This document shows, piece after piece, positions 54,348-64,000 of a stretch of DNA of 64,000 bases (its first letter is position 1; the number at the start of each line of letters is the position of its first letter). A program made the position numbers and the translations under genes. The stretch lies in the NCBI GenBank assembly GCA_030141605.1, contig JAQGDQ010000006.1, positions 992,001 to 1,056,000 of the forward strand, read 5' to 3'. Source of the stretch: Tubiluchus corallicola. Taxonomy: Eukaryota > Animalia > Priapulida. Under the pieces are notes generated by a model, which was not told where the DNA came from, did no database searches, and was given only the letters and a program-made list of their open reading frames with translations.

Positions 54348-56876
54348 CACACACTGTCTAACAAATGTTGGTACTGATGATGGTAATAAAGTTTATAAGT
54401 CTTTTTCATTGAATAAACCAAATGAATAAAATTTTCTCATTTCTCACAATGTAGGCCCTGAATCTCCTCTACATATTAAAATTTTCATGTAATAAGTGAA
54501 AATACATTTGGGTAATGTAGGTGGAATGAAGGAAAAAATAGGTTTTCACAGTGAAGGTTTTCGAGTAACTTAAGCAACACATTTCAAAGTTTTTCTGTTC
54601 ACAATACAAGATTCTCATCACGATTTTGTGCAAGTGCAAATGTGTCCGAGTAGTTACAAATGCAGTGCAACCTTGGCAGATAGAAAATAAAAATTGAAAT
54701 TGTTCACTTTACTGGTTAAAAAATTATAATACAAAACCTTGTTTGTGAAAAAAATCTATCATGCAAGTTGCAACTGTAAAATGTTGCTACTGCAGCAAAA
54801 GTTCTAGAAAATTTCTTATTTGAATGCAATTCATTGTCAGTGTATCCAACACAATACAATCAAATAAGCACTCAAACACATGACTCTTCTGTAAAAAACA
54901 CGAGAAGACTATAACAATCATGATTTAGTTTTGCACTTTTCTTGGAGGGCAAAAATCAGCAGAAAAAGGTTGGATGACCATGACAAAGAATTTTTATCCA
55001 ATAGAAATGCTGGATGAAAAAGATCAGTTGAGTGCTTAACTCAATTACTACAACCACAAATTTTCAACTGTGTTCAAAATTGTTAAGCATTGGCTGTACA
55101 TAATGAAAAAGGCAAAAAACAACCAAGAAAAGCTTATTAAACTAATCAGCTTATTTTGTAGTAGTATGTTGGGGAAAGTCATAAAAGAAATTTCTCACAT
55201 TTCATATTCAAAGGTCTAATTACAACTACAGAAAATGTCAATGAACAGAATCAGTTGTGCATTAGAACACAAGGCACCATTAGAAGCCAGAAAAAGCAGC
55301 AATAATCATTACACCTTTCACGCACGACTACCCTTTAATGAGGGTGACAATTATTAGCTTCTACATCACAGGCTTCTGACACGACATCTAGTACCACACA
55401 TGGCTATGAAAAATATGAGTTTTTTCTGCTCACATTGTGGTCTAAGTACTTGATCTATAATATAACGATAAGTATATAATTGGGTAAATCTAGCTATGCA
55501 AGTTATCAAACATAGCACTATACAAAATTCTAAAACTAGTTATTTTTTTAATTGCCGATACAACTTACTTCCTAAAACTACTGCAATATTACTTGACAGA
55601 TTGCAAAATCATACTGACGATCTTGACTGGGTCTGATTTGGGGAGTCAGTATTTATGATCACTGAACTTTCATTGCTACATTAAGCCATTTTTTTTCATA
55701 TTTTAATGAGACATGTTCCTAGAATTTTTTATCATTAGTTCTTAGATGTCGACAAATTGGTCGTAGTGCATTTTGGTGCTACTGATTCTCATATTTTTAC
55801 TTTGGATAATGAGCATTATCACATGCAAAATAACTGCTTATAAAACCAGTTTTTCCTTTCGACCCCCTTATATGTGAAATTCTTTAACAGAAATTGTTTC
55901 TCTTTAACTACACTAACAACACAACTTCACTGCTTCAAAAAAAATTTTGATTTAACTGTCGAATCTAGAGAATCATTTAGTATACAATATACATGTATAA
56001 CGTAACATCAAGACCTGCCTTAGAACCTGTCTATCCAAAGTTATCAGATCTGGCAAACAAATAAAATAATAATTGCTCACATGGAAGAACAGGTTTACTT
56101 CCCTACAAAATTGTCTACTTGAATTCTGTCATTTAAGTGCAGTCTGATTAAAATTGTACAAATGTCATTATTCTCTCAGCATGGCAGCGCTGTAGAATTT
56201 CATGAATACATGAATGTGAAATGAGGCATTATGTATATTTATTGTGTTTAAATAATTGCGTATGTTGAATAATAAAATGCAATAAAGTATAAAAATAGTC
56301 TCCATAAATGTATTTAATCAAGGATTCTGAAAATCAGGTTTATTGTGATGATACTGAAAATTTCACAGCAAAATCTCACTTGTATCAAAACCTGCTATTC
56401 TTGTAAAAAATGGTCTGCCGCACAAATACTTCTAATAAATCATGTTTAAAGGAAAAAGGCAAAAAAGGAGGAGGAGGAGAGAGGGAGAGGGAGAGGGAGA
56501 GGGAGAGGGAGGAGAGGGAGAGGGAGAGGGAGAGGGAGAGGGAGAGGGAGAGGGAGAGGGAGAGGGAGAGGGAGAGGGAGAGGGAGAGAGAGGGAGAGGG
56601 AGAGGGAGAGGGAGAGGGAGAGAGAGGAGAGGGAGGGAGGGAGAGGAGAGGGAGGAGGGAAAAGAGAGGGAAAGAGAGGAGAGGGAGGGAGGGAGAGGAG
56701 AGGGAGGAGGGAGAAGAGAGGGAGAGAGAGGAGAGGGAGGAGGGAGAAGAGAGTGAAAGAGAGGAGAGGGAGAGAGGGAGGCAGGGAGAAGAGAGTGAGA
56801 GAGAGGAGAGGGAGGGAGGGAGAGGAGAGGGAGAGGGAGAAGAGAGTGGAAGAGAGGGGAGGGAGAGGGAGGGGAG

Positions 56877-56924
<48 letters not shown>

Positions 56925-58637
56925 AATAATACAAGCATTTTACACACTTACTGTTCAATAAGTGCAGTAATTTGCTAGAAGTTATTAAATGTAACATGTT
57001 GTAATGCAGTAGTCCTGCATTGGGAAATGGACTGAGTGGATGGGCAATATGATCTCGCTTCACTTGGCTAACAACGTGAGAATAGATTTGTGATGAATGG
57101 ATCCTATTCAATAACAGGATATATTCATTGTACAGAGTATTTAAAGGTAACGACAAGTAATGATATCAGGCATGGCTTACACAAAATAAGTGCAGCATTG
57201 CGGGAAACATGAGCTAAAAGATAAAGTTATTCAAATCATTTAAATGTTGTGTTTTAGATCTGATACTAAAAGACATTCAAAATAACAATAAAAAGAGTTT
57301 AGCATGACAATATGTGTCACCTTTATGCATTTAGAAAATTTAATGTCTAAATTTTAAAACTGTTATCTACTAATTGTTATCAGTGGAAAATGTGAATTTT
57401 GGGCACTGGACTGTGTGCTATCCAATAGACTGCATTTAAGTCATCTACTTAATACATCCATTTAATAATGAATGTCTTTCTGAAAAAAATCAGAAAAACA
57501 CATTAAGAATCGAAAACATTATTTTCAAGCAGACTTTCATAATCCACTTTTCTGCCCTGCAAACCTCAGATTTAGGTGTACATATGTTCAAAAATATACC
57601 CGAGACAAAATCGACTATACCACACACACATTTTAATATGAGGTAATCACACAAACAGTTTCCCTACTCTTTGAAGTGATGCCAGTTGGCCTTTTAATGC
57701 TGGTCACAGAAGGCATTGTTGACAAATTTGTGAACCAGCAACTTCCATTTCTTCAACAAAGGTTTGTGGTTATTACGTTGTGAAGTAAAAACACAGTTTA
57801 ATGTGCGTATACCTTGAGTATGGTACTTTCGTTAACTTCTGATGTTTCTTGAATGGTCCATAGTTAACTCTTGCCTGACTAATGATAATATTTAATCATC
57901 TTTGATAATGACTTAATTGCAAACTCTCCATTGAGGAGAATGTTAGCGAAGCAGTTTGCCAATTATGGATACTCTGCAAGCTAGAATACTACGAAGAAAG
58001 TGAAATTTAAGAAATAAAGCTAATTATAACAAAAGATTATGGCATGATTCATGGGTAGGGGAAAAGTTCATTAAGTAGATTACTATGTATATGCAAATCA
58101 TTAAATTGCATAGTTTTGAAAATTAATTGTTCTCTTTAAAGTGTATTGAAGGAGAATGTGCATTTTGCACTACTGACCTAACATCATCATGACGCTGGAT
58201 GTAGATCTTATGAAACATTGTATCTTTTGGTTTCCCAGCTATGTCTGCTTTCATTTCCATGGCAACATGCCTTGGCAACACCGACAACAACAATCGTTCC
58301 TGGTAACAAAAATGGGATTAGTTAACATACACTCTCAATTTATGGTGCACGATATTAAAGCATTTTAAGTATGTATGTAAGTCAACAGGTTTTCAAGCAC
58401 AAAATCTGCGTGTTAATACCTGATCAAAGTATGACCTGCTAACATACTTAGCCCTAGTTCCAGAAAACAAATGTGATGCCACCTTACCTGCTGATGATTT
58501 TCTTTCTGTGATATTAACCGGGCTTCGATGCATCTTCGCGTTTCCAGAAATGCTTGTCTTTGAGCCACTTCAGTTGGGTAATGAGTGAAGAGTCCAGCCG
58601 CAGAAGCAGCAGCGAAGAGCATAATGTTGGCCACAAT
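38200..58637 (-). CDS. ADCY5: Transmembrane adenylyl cyclase, type 5/6-like; last 19 exons (851 aa), 5' exons beyond the window end
   Basis: Exons 5'->3': 58488-58637, 58178-58299, 53749-53841, 51779-51925, 51298-51459, 50990-51134, 47902-48014, 47553-47706, 47042-47139, 46765-46849, 45773-45889, 45346-45492, 44766-44941, 42793-42925, 42135-42251, 41703-41849, 40594-40792, 39562-39686, 38200-38325 (2556 nt, in frame). Motifs: [51 protein letters not shown]5/6-type [66 protein letters not shown]. Confidence 0.95.
51513..51577. repeat. 32-bp tandem duplication in a cyclase intron
   Basis: attgggattagaccattgttatatttgacatt occurs twice in tandem. Confidence 0.9.
54180..54354. repeat. (TA)n and (GCAC)n(AC)n microsatellites
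   Basis: Direct reading of the sequence. Confidence 0.9.
56467..56922. repeat. ~455-bp polypurine tract: (GGGAGA)n, mixed GA/GGA, (GA)n
   Basis: Almost exclusively G/A on the + strand; source of four low-complexity ORFs. Confidence 0.95.
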
Positions 58638-59827
58638 CTGTAACATAAATAACGTTTGTGCGTCAGCAGCACGTTAAGACAAAACAAACAAAGAAAAATA
58701 TCCGAAATGAAATTTGGCGATTAAGCAGCTTTAATCAGCACTTGTTCTGTAACCAAATTCTAAAAAACGCAAATGCCTGTGTACATATATTCAGATTATA
58801 CTAAAACTGACACAGGTGTCAAAGCCCCAATTGGTAATCTCTGGACAAATTTGTATATTTTTACCTTGGGTTCTCATTCGTCACCTAACTATCAGCAACT
58901 TAGTACATTTTACAAGTATTGTTTGTAAAATCACTTTAGCTGTAAATTATACATTCTAAATACTGCACTATAAATCATTAAGGGCATCATCATCTTCCTA
59001 ATAAGTTAGAACTTGTTAATTTAAAATCATCTCATCAGAGATAGTGCTATCAACTTGTTAGACAGATTTCTTTTACCATTAATGTTTTCATGAATGGAAG
59101 ATGTCACGTAAGCAGATTGTAAATTTACTAAATTATGTGATATATTATAGCCAAAAGTCACAATTTTCACCTGTGAGAATAATCCTATTACGTGGATATA
59201 ACTGAACACTGTTTCTGGAATTGGTTAACGTACCGAAATATGAGCTTGTGAAATATGCATTTTAATCATGCTGAATCTTAAGGGCAATATTTGACGTAGC
59301 AAGAAGCAGTAATGATCATCCGAAATGGTAATGACCATCGTGTCAGCTGCGTTCAGTTTATTTTGTCAAATGGAATTTTCCTATGGTTGAAGCTGCAAAT
59401 CAGATTCGTGCAAAATCTTTTTATCAAGATAAATTGCCTCCTGAATACCTGGTGAAGATTTTAGCAAAAAGGAAAGTGGAAATTCCCCACCCGTAATGAT
59501 GACAAACTTGGAGAAAACACGTACATAATTGTGAAATCGAGACATAATACTTATATAGAAGCAATTTCATTGAGACAAAGTTAGTTAATGACTTATTGCA
59601 AACATGAATTCTTGATTTTAATTACAAATCCGGTCTATCTGAATTGATTTGATTGCTTCAGTATGGATAAAATATGTTATAGATTGTATGGCATAGATGT
59701 ATATGTGTTGTAAACATAATAATAAGAAATTTTGCCTATAAACAGAAATGGACAATAAGGAACAATCCAGTCATTATATAAATTATAATTATATATAATA
59801 AGTATATAATTATAAAGCCAACAAACT

Positions 59828-59830
<3 letters not shown>

Positions 59831-59892
<62 letters not shown>
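59831..59892. repeat. (AT)~31 microsatellite
   Basis: Direct reading of the sequence. Confidence 0.95.
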
Positions 59893-59896
<4 letters not shown>

Positions 59897-60387
59897 CAAT
59901 AAATATAATTCAGTAACATAATTTTATGTACTTGGAAAGCTGACACAAAGAAAGCTGATCAGCAAAGTAAACAAGCTAATGCATGGCATTATAACTGGAT
60001 GATCAACGTAATACAATTCACAATAAGCAACAAGGTCAATTAGTCATTTTCAGAGAAGTAAAGTAAAATTCAATTAGTAAGATGTTTTATACTGTGATCT
60101 TTTTTACCCATTAAATGTGAATGAAAAAATAAGAAATTGACTATATTTCATTTAACTGAAAAGCCTGTAAGGTATGTCAGCTCCTTAAGCCCAACGAGCC
60201 ACATTTTTGAGAATATAATATCCGGTCGCTATGCTCTGGCCACTCTCTAAGGACATTCCGATACTATCATTTAAATGTAATATGTACGAATTCAATGTCT
60301 ATACTACCTACAGGTAAACAATACGCTTAATTTCAAAATTTTACTTGGTATAGCTTGGACAGTTGTGTTTTTAAGCCCAATATCAAA

Positions 60388-63300
60388 GTCATAGTCATAG
60401 TCATAGTCATTTATTTCACCATACACATTTACAGGTTACATATACAATATCAGTGAAAGGGCCTACAATGGATATAATACAAATAAAAAATACTGCACAG
60501 AAAAGCCTCAAGCACTATTTACTTATACACGAATGTAAATGTGTTGTGGGCAATCAAAAAGCAGGGCTTGTTAGATTGTTCCACACAGTGATAGAGAAAA
60601 AAAAGTAATGGAGATAATCTGAAAATTTAAAGTGAATCGTGATAAAAAAAACGTTAGTGCTTAAAATGGAATGATGTAATGAATGAAACTCATATATGGA
60701 ATGATATAAAAGATAGAAAGACTATTATTTTTTAATAGTATGTAAAATTAAAATAACTTGATTAAGTTAACACCACTGTTTTGCAACTACTGTGAGGATG
60801 GATACAGATAGAAATTTTAATTGCTCACTGATACTTACTTAAAATTTGATTTTTTAGCATTATTTTAAATCTAGTAATAGATCTGCTATTTTTTGCAGAT
60901 TGACAAATCTCATTCCAGACTTTTGGTCCTTGATATATTATAAAATGTTTAGCTATGTTGGTTCTACAGAAAGGCACAATGTATTGATTAAATCTTGTAT
61001 TATGTCTCTTAGATGTCAATTAGACAGGAATTGCAAAAAACTTAGGAAATAGTCTATAATTGCATTTATACATGAATACTGCAATATTCAATTTGATTAA
61101 ATCATCTAATTGCATAATTCTACATTCACGGTAAAGAAGTAAAGGTACTTCACTACGTTTCATTAGGCCATACATTAACCTTAAAAATTTTCGTTGCAAC
61201 GTTTTTAAGCATATTAGTTTAGATGGATATGTGGGGCCCCAAATAATGCTGCAGTAATTGAGATAAGGTAAAACCAGACTATTATACAAGATTAGTAAGT
61301 GTTCTTTCGAAAGACTATGTTTAATGTGAGTAATGATGCCTATATTTTTAGCAATTTTAAGTCTGATGTAAGAGATATGTGATTGCCAGTCTAAGTGTTC
61401 ATGTATGACAATACCTAAGAATTTAATCTGTTTTACTTGTTGAATATAACTATTTTCAATTTGTAATGTCAAATTTGGCATTCTCTTGTTTCTTGATCTA
61501 AAAACTACAAATTTAGTTTTGGAAGCATTTAGTGATAATTTATTACTCCTAAACCAGTTTGATATTTGCTGCAATTCATTGTTTATTTCAGCTTCATTAA
61601 CAGTATTGTAATATTTAAATATTAAACTGGTGTCATCAGCAAACTGCAGGATTTTTCCATTATTAATACAATGTTTTATATCATTAATGTACACAAGAAA
61701 CAAGAGTGGGCCAAGTATCGACCCTTGTGGAACACCACAAGATATTAATTTTGAGTTAGATATATAGTTATTATACTTTACTGCTTGTAACCTGCCAGAT
61801 AGGTAACTTACAAACCAATTATTCGCAACACCTCTTATTCCATAGTGGTATAATTTGTTAATTAAAATTTTATGATCAACAGTGTCAAAAGCTTTTGATA
61901 GATCACAGAAAATACTCACAGATAACTTATTATCTTCAATATCTCTGATTATGTTGGTCAGCATATCAATTAAAGCCATTCCTGTAGTACTGCCTTGACG
62001 AAATCCATACTGTGTGTCATTTAATATGCTTTGTTTATGTAAATAATCTGTAAGTTGCAAAGACACACATTTCTCAATAATTTTCGAAAAACATGGCAGT
62101 AATGAAATGGGCCTATAATTATTTATACAGTGTGGATCATCAGCTTTATGAATAGGAACTATTATGGACTGCTTTAGCTTATTAGGGACAATTCCAGAGG
62201 TAAGTGATAAATTAATAATATGGGTTAAAGGTATGGCAATATATTCAATAATATCAAGCATTATTCTGGGAGAGAGCTGATCAATACCGGTACTTTTATT
62301 TGGGTGGAATGACTTGCAGATTCTAATGATTTCATCTTTAGTTACAGGTTGAAAGAAGAAGGAATGTGGGTAATTTCCTTTAAGATAAGAATTTGGGTCA
62401 GTATTTGTAGGTTCAATGTTGTTTGATAATAAAGGGCCAATGTTTACAAAGTAGTCATTAAAAGCATTAGCAATTATATTTTTGTCATTAGTTAAATGGT
62501 CATTTACTTTTATGGAAGCAGGCAAGGATTCACGAGATTTATGCATCAATTCCTTCATTACATTCCAGGTTTTTTTTATATTATTTTGATAAGTTAGTAA
62601 TTTCTGTTGATAATAGTTTTGCTTGGAAATTTTTATCAAATTAGTAAGTTGATTTCTGTACTGTGTATATTGTTCCTTGTTGATTTTGTTTTTAAGCACA
62701 GATCGATAAAGTTTGTTTTTATGTTGAATGCTTTTTAACATAGCTTTAGTTACCCAAGGTTTTTTTATTTTAGGTAGTAATTGGTCAGCTGAAGTTTTAA
62801 CATGAGTATGGTAAATATTGCTTAACATTTCATGAAATTTTTCATATGCTGAATCCGGATCATTATTATTTAATAGAATTTCGTTCCAACATATGCTTGA
62901 TAAATCTGAAATAATTTTTCCTTTGACGTGTTCATTATATAAATTTTTTTTGATAAACTGTGTATCAGTTAAGTCTAGATTGAAATCAGCAATCATAAAA
63001 TTTGGTAAGTGGTCCGATATATCAGTCAATAAGTTACCAGCTATGTGATTATGTTCCAAGTTATTTATCCATATGTTATCTATGAGAGTGGCTGTGAGAC
63101 TAGTTATTCTTGTTGGTCGAGTAATAACAGGAAAAATAAAACTTGAAATCATTGTGTCTAAAAAGTAATTTGTGTCATTGTGGGTAGCATGATTTAATAA
63201 ATTTATATTGAAATCACCTGTAAGAATTAAGTGTTTAGATTGGCAATTTAATGAATTGAGTATTGTTGTAAGTTTGTCAATAAACGTTACAGGATTTTCA

Positions 63301-64000
63301 CCTGGTGGTCGATAAATAACGCCTATTATAATATTTTTAGTTTGAACACAATTAATCTCTATAAATAATGATTCCATATGTTTATCAGAAATGGGAAATA
63401 AATATGGCAACACCACCACCAGCTTTATGTGTACGATTATTGTATGCTAATTTGTAGCCTGGTAAGTTACATAATATGCCATGTTCCTCAGCTGACCATG
63501 TTTCAGTTAATGCAATAATTGAATATTTAATATTGAGTAACTGAAGATAGGCACATAAGTGATCATAATTTTTTTGTAAACTACGCACATTTAAATGTAA
63601 AACGGACAGAGGAGATTTAAATTTTAAATTGTTAATTAGAGAGTTGAATTGTTGGTCATCATAATATTTGCTGGCTTTAATACTATTTAGTCCGTTAAAA
63701 TAATGTTGATCTGGATCCAGATCAGTAATGGGCAGAGAGTCGAATATGTCATTACTTTCAAATAGATTTAAATTAAGTAATTTATTGTCTATTATATATC
63801 CAATATTGGAATACCTAGTGATTAATTTGAATTCGTCGTCATCAGTGATATTGTTAAAGGGGAGAATAGTTTGCAGACAAAAGTGACAGAACCAGTTATT
63901 ATTATTGTTAGTTAAATTGTTGTAATCGGTCAAAGTTAAATTTGTACATTTAAGATGCATCCATTGCTCACAGCAATTGCAAAACAGTCCAAGTTGGTTA
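60388..64000 (-). mobile_element. CR1/L2-group non-LTR retrotransposon (PHD-APE-RT), continues past the window end, intronic in the cyclase gene
   Basis: PHD-like C..C..W.H..C..WFC..C; APE motifs HLNVRSL, IALTETW, GGGVAIF, GVIYRPP, GDFN, TLIDNI, SDHLP; RT motifs YRPISLL, QYGFR, DLSKAFDTVDH, GVPQGSILGPLLF, FADD, KFLGI. 3' UTR stem-loop near 60545-60585, AATAAA at 60410-60415 and a (TGACTA)~4 tail. Confidence 0.93.
60825..64000 (-). pseudogene. LINE ORF2 (endonuclease-reverse transcriptase) disrupted by one frameshift and one in-frame stop
   Basis: ORF pieces 63385-63960, 61020-63419 and 60825-61019. Frameshift just after GGGVAIFIS (~63395). The TAA at 61020-61022 is followed in frame by the conserved tail HNTR..RTN..YQGPKVWNEI..FK..LK. 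Confidence 0.88.

Noticed and set aside
56410-57156. ER-, GE-, SP- and LP-repeat ORFs up to 236 aa
   Set aside because: Translations of the polypurine tract inside a cyclase intron.
60345-60388. Minus-strand LILGLKTQLSKLYQ|GTAAAA next to the LINE tail, which might mean the LINE landed in a cyclase exon
   Set aside because: No convincing match to the expected TM5-end exon and only a modest donor; an intronic insertion is simpler.

Overview
AT-rich, intron-rich animal genomic DNA, probably an invertebrate; the lineage cannot be fixed from sequence alone. Five protein-coding genes can be spliced by hand with canonical GT..AG junctions and consistent phases. (1) A divergent 7-exon DNA primase large-subunit (PRIM2/PriL)-like gene (+, 13817-21023) keeping all four Fe-S cysteines. 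(2) A Golgi carbohydrate 6-O-sulfotransferase (CHST family; -, 22341-23943). (3,4) A head-to-head pair of cystine-knot hormone subunits: bursicon-alpha (-, 31089-31454, intronless, very basic, last Cys replaced by Ser) and bursicon-beta (+, 33110-35671), apparently sharing a ~250-bp bidirectional promoter. (5) The last 19 exons of an ADCY5/6-type adenylyl cyclase (-, 38200-58637), with a young, disabled CR1/L2-group LINE in its upstream intron. The first ~13 kb has no recognisable gene; it holds a near-identical 838-bp-period duplication, a decayed Academ-like DNA transposon with long inverted repeats, LINE tails and microsatellites. The best leads are the apparent second primase large subunit, the bursicon alpha/beta locus with an altered alpha chain, and candidate in-frame cassette exons in the cyclase C1b loop. 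All homology calls rest on motif recognition from memory, not database searches.
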